From an uncultured Desulfarculus sp. (GTDB lineage: Bacteria > Desulfobacterota > Desulfarculia > Desulfarculales > Desulfarculaceae), in NCBI GenBank assembly GCA_963665125.2, contig CAXXUK010000001.1, forward strand, positions 2,080,001 to 2,144,000: 64,000 nucleotides of DNA, given 5' to 3'. Numbering within the stretch: position 1 is the first letter of the stretch; each line of letters opens with the position of its first letter. The notes under the pieces were generated by a model, which saw only the letters and a program-made list of their open reading frames with translations, was not told the origin of the DNA and did not search any database. Of the stretch, positions 8,871 to 17,472 are shown in pieces. A program made the translations under genes and the position numbers.

Positions 8871-11800
8871 TCAGGCCCGGGAACCGCTCCTGCGTCTGGC
8901 GAAACGGGCCTTGAGGCCGTCGCTGAGCGAACACAGCACAGGCACCACCACCAACGTAAGCAGGGTGGCCACGGCCAGGCCGAAGATCACGGCAATGGCC
9001 ATGGAGCCCCACCACTGGGACGACTCGCTGCCGATGTCCAGGCGCATGTTGGTGAAGTCAAATGCCACGCCGGTGGCCATGGGCAACAGGCCCAGAATGG
9101 TGGTGATGGCCGTGAGCATCACCGGCCGGAAGCGGGTGAGCCCCGCCCGCACCAGGGCATCGTGGATGGACAGACCCTGGGCCTTTAGCTGTTCATAATA
9201 GTCGATGAGCACGATGGCGTTGTTGACCACCACGCCGGCCAGGCTTATCACGCCCACGCCGGTCATGATCACGCCGAAGGCCGTGTTGGTTATCAACAGG
9301 CCGATAAACACGCCGATGAGCGACAAAATCACCGAGGTCAAGATGATCAGCGGCGTCACGGCCGAGTTGAACTGGGTCACCAGCACCAGGAAGATGATGA
9401 ACAAAGTGGCGATGAAAGCCCGGCTGAGGAACTGCGACGACTTGGCCTGCTCTTCCTGTTCGCCGGTAAAGCTGTATTCATAGCCCCTTGGCCATTCCAT
9501 GCCGGCGATGCGCGCCTTGATGTCGACGATGATGTCGTTGGCCAGGCGGCCCGAGTTGTTGCCCGAGACCGTCACCACCCGCCGCTGGTCAACGCGGCTG
9601 ATGGAGCCCAGGCCGCTGCCCAACTCGATGTGGGCCAGGCTGGTCAGGGGGATGGGCACGCCGTTGGCGCCGGACACTGTTATGCGTTTGAGGCCCTCCA
9701 AGGACTTGCGGTCTTTCTCGGGCAGGCGCACGATGATGTCGTATTCATCCTTGCCCTCGCGGTAAACGCCAGCCTTGGCCCCGTTGATGGCCGCCTTGAC
9801 CGTATAGGCTATGGTGTAGGTGTCCAGGCCCATCAAGGCGGCCTTTTCCTTGTCCACCCGCACCTTGATCTCCGGCTTGGAGCGCACGTAGTTGTCCTTC
9901 AAGTCCACCAGGCCGGGCACGTCCTTGATCCGACGGCGCACCTCGGCGGCCAGATCGCCAAGCTTATGGATGTCCTTGCCCGATATCTCCAGGTTCACCG
10001 GCGGGCCGGTGGGCGGGCCGTCCTTTTGTTTTTCCACCCGCACCTCGGCGCCCTTGATCGTCTTCAAGAGTTTTTCGCGCACCTCGTCGACGACTTCGGT
10101 GGACGGCCTGCTGCGGTCGTGGAAGTCCTTGAAGTCCATGGTAACCCGGCTGACGTGGGTTCCCACGCCCTCGCTGTCCCACCCGGCGCTGACCGAGCCG
10201 GTGTTGGCTATGACGTACTTCAGATCCTTGTACGGCTTGAGCACCTCTTCAACCTGGCGGACTATCCGATCCGAGGCGTCCAGGTTGGTACGTTCCGGGG
10301 CCTTGATGTTCACGTGGGCCTTGTTGGGGTCGGCCTCGGGGAAGAACTCGGTTCCCTTGCCAAAGGCCCCGTAAAGGATCACCACCACGATCAGCAGCAC
10401 GAACGACAGGCTGACCACCATCAGGCGGTGACGCAGGGCGAATTCCAGGGTGCCTTTATACAGGCTCCGGAAACGGCCCAGGTCTTCCAGGTTGTCATCG
10501 GTCATCTTCATGGGCTTGACCGTCTGGTAACGGGCCGAAAGAACCGGGTTGATGACCAGGGCCACGAACAGCGACGAACTCAGCGCCAGGATCAGCGTTT
10601 TGGGCAAGTAACCCATGAACTCGCCCATGACGTCGGGCCAGAAAAGCATGGGGAAAAACGCGCCCAGGGTGGTGATGGTCGACGTAGTCACCGGCCAGGC
10701 CACCTCGTTGGTGCCGTCTATGGCCGCCTGCATGCGGCTCTTGCCCTCCTGCATATGGCGGTAGATGTTCTCCACGATGACGATGCCGTTGTCCACAAGC
10801 ATGCCCAGGGCCAGAATCAGCGAGAACAGCACCACCATGTTCAGGGTGATGTTCAGGGCCCACAGCAGGGCAAAGGTCATAAGCATGGACAGGGGGATGG
10901 CCGAGGCCACGAACAGCGCCGAACGGCCGCCGATGAACAGGAAAACCACCACCAGCACCAGCACCAGGCCGGTGAGGATGTTGTTTTCCAGGTCGGCGAC
11001 CATGTTGCGCACCTCGTCCGAGGCGTCGGAGGTCAGGTTGATCTTCAACGTTGGCGGCAATTCGGACCGCATTTCCCCGACCAGCGCCTTGATGGCGTCG
11101 TTGATCCGCAGGATGTTTTCGCCGGAGCGCTTGGTGATATTGAGCGTCACGCTCTGGGCGCCGTTGATGCGGCTGCGGGTGCGCGGGTCCTTGTAGTGGT
11201 CGCGGATGGTGGCCACGTCACGCAGATAGACCGGTTTGCCGTCGCGCACAAAGGCCACGATGCTGAAGATCTCGCTGGGGTGCTGGAAATCCTCGGGCAC
11301 CCGGACCATGTATTTGCCGTCGCCGATGTCCATGGTGCCGCCGGGCATGTTCACGTTGCCCTGGACTACCGATTGGACCATGGAGCTGAACGGCACATTG
11401 TAGGCCCGCACCCTATCCAGGTCGAACTCCACGTGGATCTCGCGCTCCAGGCCGCCGATGATCTCGGCGTCCAACACGCCGGGTATGGACTCTATGCGAT
11501 CCTCGAACTCCTCGGCAAAGACCTTGAGCCGCTTGAGGCTGAACGGACCGCTGAGCACAACCTGGAGGATCGGCCAGTCAGAGGAGCTGACTTCGTCGAT
11601 GACCGGGTCGTCCGGCAGATCGGCCGGCAGGTCCTGCTTGGCCTGGTCCACCTTGTCGCGGACCTTTTGCAGGGCATCGTCGGTGCTCACTCCGGTGAGG
11701 AACTTCAGCGCGATGCTGGATATGCCCTCGGCCGAGGTGGAGCGCATCTCCTCCACCCCATTGATACCCTTGAGCTTGCGCTCGATGGGGATGGTTATGA

Positions 11801-11984
11801 GTTTTTCCATGTCCGCCGGGGCCACCCCCTCGAAGGTGGTGGTTATGATCACGTAGGGGATGTTTACGTCCGGCGCGGACTCGCGGGGCAGGATCGAATA
11901 GGCATACAATCCCGCCACAACAATAATGACCAACAGCACCAGTACCGTGGACTGGCGCTTCAGGGCGACTTCGTTGAGCAGCAT
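8871..11984 (-). CDS. RND efflux transporter permease (AcrB/AcrD/AcrF family)
   Basis: 1037 aa; GMLVDNGIVIVENI, GVVVNNAIVLID and RFRPVMLTAITT motifs. Confidence 0.95.
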   Translation of the reverse strand: MLLNEVALKRQSTVLVLLVIIVVAGLYAYSILPRESAPDVNIPYVIITTTFEGVAPADMEKLITIPIERKLKGINGVEEMRSTSAEGISSIALKFLTGVSTDDALQKVRDKVDQAKQDLPADLPDDPVIDEVSSSDWPILQVVLSGPFSLKRLKVFAEEFEDRIESIPGVLDAEIIGGLEREIHVEFDLDRVRAYNVPFSSMVQSVVQGNVNMPGGTMDIGDGKYMVRVPEDFQHPSEIFSIVAFVRDGKPVYLRDVATIRDHYKDPRTRSRINGAQSVTLNITKRSGENILRINDAIKALVGEMRSELPPTLKINLTSDASDEVRNMVADLENNILTGLVLVLVVVFLFIGGRSALFVASAIPLSMLMTFALLWALNITLNMVVLFSLILALGMLVDNGIVIVENIYRHMQEGKSRMQAAIDGTNEVAWPVTTSTITTLGAFFPMLFWPDVMGEFMGYLPKTLILALSSSLFVALVINPVLSARYQTVKPMKMTDDNLEDLGRFRSLYKGTLEFALRHRLMVVSLSFVLLIVVVILYGAFGKGTEFFPEADPNKAHVNIKAPERTNLDASDRIVRQVEEVLKPYKDLKYVIANTGSVSAGWDSEGVGTHVSRVTMDFKDFHDRSRPSTEVVDEVREKLLKTIKGAEVRVEKQKDGPPTGPPVNLEISGKDIHKLGDLAAEVRRRIKDVPGLVDLKDNYVRSKPEIKVRVDKEKAALMGLDTYTIAYTVKAAINGAKAGVYREGKDEYDIIVRLPEKDRKSLEGLKRITVSGANGVPIPLTSLAHIELGSGLGSISRVDQRRVVTVSGNNSGRLANDIIVDIKARIAGMEWPRGYEYSFTGEQEEQAKSSQFLSRAFIATLFIIFLVLVTQFNSAVTPLIILTSVILSLIGVFIGLLITNTAFGVIMTGVGVISLAGVVVNNAIVLIDYYEQLKAQGLSIHDALVRAGLTRFRPVMLTAITTILGLLPMATGVAFDFTNMRLDIGSESSQWWGSMAIAVIFGLAVATLLTLVVVPVLCSLSDGLKARFARRRSGSRA

Positions 11985-11985
11985 T

Positions 11986-13038
11986 TTATTGCACCTGGAC
12001 CTTGATTCCGTCTTCGATGTCGTTTTGGCCCATCACAATCAGGTTTTCACCGGCCTCGAGGCCCTTGGTGATCTGAATGCGGTCCAGTTCGACCACGCCC
12101 AATTCCACGGTGCGGGCCTGGGCGATTCCGTCCTTTTCAACAAAAACCAGGCGTTCGCCGCCCTTGTCCACCAGCGCGCCCAGCGGCGCGGCCACGGCGT
12201 TCTCGATGGTCTGCTTGAGGAACGCGGCCCGGGCGATCATGCCGGGGCGGATGCGCCCGTCGGCATTGTCCACCACCACCCTGGCGTGAAAAGTCTTGGT
12301 GGCCGGGTCGGCCTTGAAGGCCACGAAATCAACCGCGCCGTACCATTCCTCGCCGGGATAGGCGTCCAGGGTGATCCGGGAAGGATCGCCAACTTTTATG
12401 TAGCGGACGTCCAACTCGGGCACATTGACGTTAACCCGGATCTTTTCGGTATTGACGATCTCGGCCACGGGTTTGCCCTGGTCGGCAAATTCACCCTGGT
12501 CCACATACAGCTTGTTGACCCGGCCGTTGATGGGCGAACGCACGAACCCCTTTTGGTACATAACCTTGGCCTCGCGCAGATTGTTGTCGGCCACCACCCT
12601 TGCCGTCTCGATCTTGTCGTATTCTTCCTGGCCGATGACGCCCTTGCCGATGAGCTTTTTGCGGCGCTGGGCCTGGTCTTCGGCCATTTTGTAATTGGCC
12701 TCGGCCCGGTCCAGGGCGGTCTTCAGCGTGTCGACATCGATCTTGGCCAACAGTTGGCCTTTTTTCAGAAGGTCGCCTTCAATGACCTCCATGGATTCCA
12801 CCTGGCCGCCCAAATCCGCGGCCAAGACGACATCCTCGATAGCTTCGGTTTCGCCGGGCAGGACCAACGCGTCGCGCAGGACCGTGGGTTCCACCTTGAC
12901 AACACTGACCTTGATCGCGCCATTGCCCGTGGGTGTTTTCGTTGTACCGGCTTCAGACCCGTCACAGCCGGTCAGGGCCAAAAAAAGCGCGACCAGCGCC
13001 AACAGAAGTGGCGCGACGTAAGCCTGTTTGTGGGGCAT
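11986..13038 (-). CDS. RND periplasmic adaptor (MFP), probable lipoprotein
   Basis: Start 13038 with GAGGAG RBS; lipobox LTGC; VRSPINGRV and IRPGMIA motifs; directly upstream of the permease. Confidence 0.9.
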   Translation of the reverse strand: MPHKQAYVAPLLLALVALFLALTGCDGSEAGTTKTPTGNGAIKVSVVKVEPTVLRDALVLPGETEAIEDVVLAADLGGQVESMEVIEGDLLKKGQLLAKIDVDTLKTALDRAEANYKMAEDQAQRRKKLIGKGVIGQEEYDKIETARVVADNNLREAKVMYQKGFVRSPINGRVNKLYVDQGEFADQGKPVAEIVNTEKIRVNVNVPELDVRYIKVGDPSRITLDAYPGEEWYGAVDFVAFKADPATKTFHARVVVDNADGRIRPGMIARAAFLKQTIENAVAAPLGALVDKGGERLVFVEKDGIAQARTVELGVVELDRIQITKGLEAGENLIVMGQNDIEDGIKVQVQ

Positions 13039-13227
13039 TGTTGAGCTCTCCTCGTGTGGGGGCCGGTGGGCGCACCGGTGCCCTTGGATGTGCCGTGGGG
13101 AATTCAATAATAGTGGATGCGATGGGGTTTGTCACCACTATAGGTGGCATATACAAAATAAATTTAACACTGTAATAATAACGTAACCCGACTGACTAAA
13201 TATCTCCCAACTCAGCCGGGCGGCTAA

Positions 13228-13244
13228 ACGAAAATCATTTTCAC
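13228..13244. promoter_or_regulatory. candidate Fur-type box upstream of the RND operon
   Basis: ACGAAAATCATTTTCAC with palindromic core GAAAAT-N-ATTTTC. Confidence 0.45.
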
Positions 13245-13260
13245 AACTGCTGGTTACAAC

Positions 13261-14040
13261 CTATTGCTGGGATTGCTCCTTCCAGATGTCCATGACCTTT
13301 TCCATGACGTTTACCGGGGCCGCCCCAATGACCGGAACACCGTTGATCAGATAAGACGGAGTACTGCCCAGGCGGAACTTGATTGCCTCGGCCTCATCGT
13401 CCTTGATCCTCTTTTCCAGGGCGGGATCGGCCAGATCGGCCGCAAGGCGCTGTTGGTCCAAATCCATATCCCCGGCCATTTCCTCCAAACCGGCAATACC
13501 CTTTTCACCGAGTTGCTGGCGATTTTTAAACACCTGCGCTTGAAACTCCCAGGCCTTTTCCTGGTCCTGGCGGGCTATGGCCTCGAAATACAGCGCGGCC
13601 TTGCGTGAAAAATCATCCGAAGGATAATGCTTAAGCACGGCCATTATCTGTCCTGGCCGCTTTTTCATCAAATCCGGGATCATCCGTTCATTGGCGCCGC
13701 AGGCCCCGCAGGAAAAATCGGTATAGATCACAATCTTATACGGCGCTTCCGGTTTGCCCAATGCCGCGCGCCCCCCGGACAAATCCGGCTGTAAGGGCTC
13801 CTTGATGGACTTTTTAATCTGTTTGACCCAGGCCTTTTCCTGGGCAATGGAGGCGCCCTTGGCGGCTATGTCATAGATTTGCTCGGGTTGGCTTTGCAAC
13901 ACCTCCATGACGATTTCCGGATGCTGTTTGAGAAGGCGCTTTAATGTGTCCATTATCTGCTCGTCGGTCGCAGCGCCCGCAGGGCCAGCGGTCATACAGA
14001 TTATGGCGACAACCCCATACAATAAGATGCGTTTAAGCAC
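13261..14040 (-). CDS. DsbA/thioredoxin-fold periplasmic oxidoreductase
   Basis: GTG 14040 with AGGAG RBS; signal peptide; DFSCGAC CxxC; STP cis-Pro loop. Confidence 0.85.
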   Translation of the reverse strand: MLKRILLYGVVAIICMTAGPAGAATDEQIMDTLKRLLKQHPEIVMEVLQSQPEQIYDIAAKGASIAQEKAWVKQIKKSIKEPLQPDLSGGRAALGKPEAPYKIVIYTDFSCGACGANERMIPDLMKKRPGQIMAVLKHYPSDDFSRKAALYFEAIARQDQEKAWEFQAQVFKNRQQLGEKGIAGLEEMAGDMDLDQQRLAADLADPALEKRIKDDEAEAIKFRLGSTPSYLINGVPVIGAAPVNVMEKVMDIWKEQSQQ

Positions 14041-14231
14041 GGAGACTCTCCTTTGGGTGCACGGTGGTGAATACGCTTCCCTATACATGCCGATAACAGC
14101 GTACAAAATAACAGCATTTGGTTACGAAGCGCAATATTGATGCAAACATGCTTTACAATTGAGATATGTAAACTACCAGGTATTATTAAGGACCTAATTA
14201 TCCAGACTGCACATGCGGAGACCTCAAACAG

Positions 14232-15371
14232 ATGAGTCAACCCATGGAAACCGCATTCGCTCCAGCGGAGCGTGCGACAGCGGAAGTCGTTGAAAAGCAA
14301 TCGCAATCGATCTGCGCCCAGCCCCTGGCCATGCACGTTGTCGAAGGCATGCCTCATGCGGTGATGGTGCTAAACAAATACCGCCAAATCGTCATGGTCA
14401 ACGCCGCGTTTTTGGGTTTGATCCAAAAGCCCCTGTTGCAGATATTGGGCAAACGCCCCGGCGAAGCCCTTGGCTGCATCAATGCCGGCAAGACTCCGGG
14501 CGGGTGCGGCACCACCGAAGCCTGCCGGGATTGCGGTGCGGTACTGGCGATTTTAGCGGCCCAGGAAGGCCAGGCAGGCAACGGAGAATGCTGTCTTCGC
14601 CTGGACGCTCAGGGCCATGGGGCTGATCTGGAGTTGGCTGTCAGCACTTCACCCATGGAAGTCGAAGAAGAATCATATGTTCTCGCTTGCGCAACGGATA
14701 TCAGCGCCACAAAGCGCCGCCGCTCCCTTGAACGCATTTTCTTTCATGACGTTCTCAACAGCATAAGCAACCTCACGGGCTTTGCCCACCTGTTAAATAC
14801 GCCCAATAATGATAACCAGGCCAGGCACGCCCAACTCATCGAGCAAACGGCAAACAAGCTCATCGAAGAAATCGCCATTCAAAAAGACCTGATCGCCGCG
14901 GAAAACGGCGAGTTGAAGACCATACCCTTCACCTGCCGCTCCATGCAAATCATAGCCCAGGCCGTTGACACATGCCGGGCCCAGGAAACAATACGCAAAC
15001 GCAATATCGTCGTCGATCAAACGAGCGAACAGTTGGAACTGTACACCGACCCCATGCTGCTAAGCCGCGTTCTGATCAACATGCTGAAAAACGCCCTGGA
15101 GGCCAGCGACGAAAGCAAGACCATTACCATAGGCAGCAAACAGATCGGCGACAAACTGCGTTTCTGGGTGCATAATCCGGAATTTATTCCTAAAGCCAAC
15201 CATGAGTTCATATTCCACCGGTCCTTTTCCACCAAAAGCTCCGATCGCGGCCTGGGGACGTACGGAATGTACCTGATCTCCACCCGCTACCTCAAAGGCA
15301 GCATTGGATTCGAATCCAGCCCCGACAAGGGAACCACCTTTTACGTGGACCTTCCCAAAATGCTACAATAG
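14232..15371 (+). CDS. PAS-like, Cys-rich sensor histidine kinase (soluble)
   Basis: FFHDVLN H-box, NMLKNALEA N-box, FSTK..DRGLGTY G-box. Confidence 0.88.
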   Translation: MSQPMETAFAPAERATAEVVEKQSQSICAQPLAMHVVEGMPHAVMVLNKYRQIVMVNAAFLGLIQKPLLQILGKRPGEALGCINAGKTPGGCGTTEACRDCGAVLAILAAQEGQAGNGECCLRLDAQGHGADLELAVSTSPMEVEEESYVLACATDISATKRRRSLERIFFHDVLNSISNLTGFAHLLNTPNNDNQARHAQLIEQTANKLIEEIAIQKDLIAAENGELKTIPFTCRSMQIIAQAVDTCRAQETIRKRNIVVDQTSEQLELYTDPMLLSRVLINMLKNALEASDESKTITIGSKQIGDKLRFWVHNPEFIPKANHEFIFHRSFSTKSSDRGLGTYGMYLISTRYLKGSIGFESSPDKGTTFYVDLPKMLQ

Positions 15372-15415
15372 CCGCCTGAACGCACCCCACCACAGCGAAT
15401 ACCATGGAGGCTATC

Positions 15416-16336
15416 ATGGCAAGGAAGGTAATTATTTCGGCAGCAATCACCGGGGCCATCCACACACCAACCATGTCGGAGTATCTGCCGATCACACCAA
15501 AGGAGATCGCCGACCAGGCCATTGACGCCGCCAATGCGGGCGCAGCGGCGGTGCATATCCACGCCCGTGACCCGGAAACAGGCATACCCAGCTCCAACGG
15601 CGACCTCTTCGCCGAGATAGTCGAGCGCATCCAGGCCGGCACGGACGCCATAATCTGCATCACCACCGGCGGCGGCCCCACCATGAGCATCGAAGAGCGC
15701 GCCGCCTCGATCCCCCGCTTCAAGCCCGAACTGGCCTCCCTGAACATGGGATCCATCAACTTTGCCCTGCATCCCCTGGCCGACAAACACAACGAATGGA
15801 AATACGACTGGGAGCCCTTCGCCCTGGAAGCATCCAAGGACAATATTTTCCGTAACACCTTTGGCGATCTGGAAACCATTCTGGCCATGATGGAAGAGGC
15901 GGGAACCAAACCCGAATTGGAGATCTACGACGCCGGGCACATCCACAACGCCGCGTTCATGGTGATGCAGGGGATGCTCAAGCCTCCGGTGTACCTGCAA
16001 TTCGTCCTGGGCATCCTGGGAGGCATGGCCGCCACCATCGACAACCTGGTCTTCCTGAAAAACTCCGCCGACCGCCTGCTTGGGCCAGGCAACTACCAGT
16101 TCAGCGGCTTCGGCGCGGGCCGCATGGAATACCCCATCTGCACCACCAACGTGCTCATGGGCGGCCACTGCCGGGTGGGCCTGGAAGACAACCTCAACCT
16201 CTCCCAAGGCGTCAAGGCCAAGTCCAACGCCGAATTGGTCGAAAAGATGGTCCGCATCCTGGGTGAATTCAGCCTCGAACCGGCCACCCCGGCCGAAGCC
16301 CGCAAAATCCTGGGGACCAAAGGGTCGCTGGGTTAG
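15416..16336 (+). CDS. beta-keto acid cleavage enzyme (BKACE/DUF849, Kce-like)
   Basis: IISAAITGA, AGAAAVHIHARDP and RVGLEDN motifs; GGAGG RBS. Confidence 0.9.
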   Translation: MARKVIISAAITGAIHTPTMSEYLPITPKEIADQAIDAANAGAAAVHIHARDPETGIPSSNGDLFAEIVERIQAGTDAIICITTGGGPTMSIEERAASIPRFKPELASLNMGSINFALHPLADKHNEWKYDWEPFALEASKDNIFRNTFGDLETILAMMEEAGTKPELEIYDAGHIHNAAFMVMQGMLKPPVYLQFVLGILGGMAATIDNLVFLKNSADRLLGPGNYQFSGFGAGRMEYPICTTNVLMGGHCRVGLEDNLNLSQGVKAKSNAELVEKMVRILGEFSLEPATPAEARKILGTKGSLG

Positions 16337-16344
16337 TTTTTTTC

Positions 16345-16669
16345 TTGGGGGGCTTTTTGAAAAAAGCCCCCCCAAACCCCGCAAAAACTTCGCTGTTTAT
16401 TGATTGCCGGCTGCTCCGCCAATCAATAAACGGTCATGTCTTTCGTCGTTGCGTGGCTGTTTCATCATTGCGGGCGCATTTGTTTTGCCTGCGGCAAAAC
16501 AAATGCGCCGAATAGATACAGAACCATACCAAGCCCGGAGCATCGGCCAAAAACAGCGCAATTGCTTTGGCCAAAGGCCAAAGCAATTGCGCACGCGGTT
16601 TTCTTTTTGGAAGGGGGTTTGGGGGAAACTTTTTTCTTTTGGCTACAAAAGAAAAAAGTTTCCCCCAAA
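16345..16669. repeat. multi-hairpin palindromic repeat element, copy 1
   Basis: Five inverted repeats (perfect 17, 17 and 24 bp arms among them); two blocks shared with 58153-58392. Confidence 0.9.
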
Positions 16670-16673
16670 TAAT

Positions 16674-17450
16674 CTACTTTCCTCGCCAAACAGGCTCACG
16701 TTTTTCCAAAAAGGCGCCCATGCCTTCCTGGGCGTCTTCAAAGCCGAGGTTGAGGCCCATGGCCGGGACGGCCAGACCGTAGGCCTGGCGTTCGTCCAGG
16801 TCGATCTGCTCGTAGAAGACGCGTTTGCCGTGGGCCAGGGTGGCTGGGCTGGCCTCGATGATCTGGCGGGCGAAGGTCTCGGTTTTGGCGGCCAGTTCGT
16901 CGGGATGGACAAGTTGGTTGACCAGGCCCCAGGAAAGCGCCTCCTCGGCGGTGACCCAGCGGCCGGTCATGAGCATTTCCAGGGCCCGTTTTTGGCCCAC
17001 GGCCCGGACCAGGGGCACGGCCGGGGTGCCGCAGAATAGCCCGATGCGCACGCCGGGCGTGCCAAAGCGGGCGTTGGTGGCCGCTATGGCCAGATCGCAG
17101 GCGGCCACCAGTTGACAACCGGCGGCGGTGGCCACGCCGTTGACCCGGGCGATCACCGGCTGGGGCAGGCGGCGGATGCGCTGCATCATTGCTGAACAGT
17201 TGGCGAATATGGCCTGGGCTTCGCTGGCGCCCAAGCCCATCATCTCGTCCATCTGGTGCCCGGCGCAGAAATGCTTGCCCGCACCGGCGATAATCACCGC
17301 CCGGACGTCCGGATCGTTGCCCGCCTGGAGCAGGGCCGCGTCCAGGTCGGCCACCATGGCCCGGCTCAAGGCGTTGACTTTGTCCGGACGGTTGAGGGTG
17401 ATGCGGGCCAGGCCGCTGTCCTTTTCAAAGGTAATCTCGGTAAAGCCCAT
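16674..17450 (-). CDS. enoyl-CoA hydratase/crotonase family protein
   Basis: ITLNRPDKVNALS, HFCAGH, ATAAGCQLVAACDL and EGMGAFLEKR motifs. Confidence 0.9.
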   Translation of the reverse strand: MGFTEITFEKDSGLARITLNRPDKVNALSRAMVADLDAALLQAGNDPDVRAVIIAGAGKHFCAGHQMDEMMGLGASEAQAIFANCSAMMQRIRRLPQPVIARVNGVATAAGCQLVAACDLAIAATNARFGTPGVRIGLFCGTPAVPLVRAVGQKRALEMLMTGRWVTAEEALSWGLVNQLVHPDELAAKTETFARQIIEASPATLAHGKRVFYEQIDLDERQAYGLAVPAMGLNLGFEDAQEGMGAFLEKREPVWRGK

Positions 17451-17472
17451 GCACGCCTCCCTGTTCGGTTAT

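Noticed and set aside
9630..12005. 791-aa plus-strand ORF and similar long antisense ORFs (33825-35510, 35638-36993, 58557-60278, 57255-58244)
   Set aside because: Shadow frames of well-supported genes in GC-rich DNA; no motifs of their own
16345..16669. CRISPR array interpretation of the hairpin repeats
   Set aside because: No identical direct repeats with regular unique spacers, and no cas genes
16397..17039. Several short ORFs across the 16.3-16.7 kb region, and 58322-58606
   Set aside because: They arise from the palindromic repeat element and the antisense of neighbouring genes; low-complexity F/K/G/P translations
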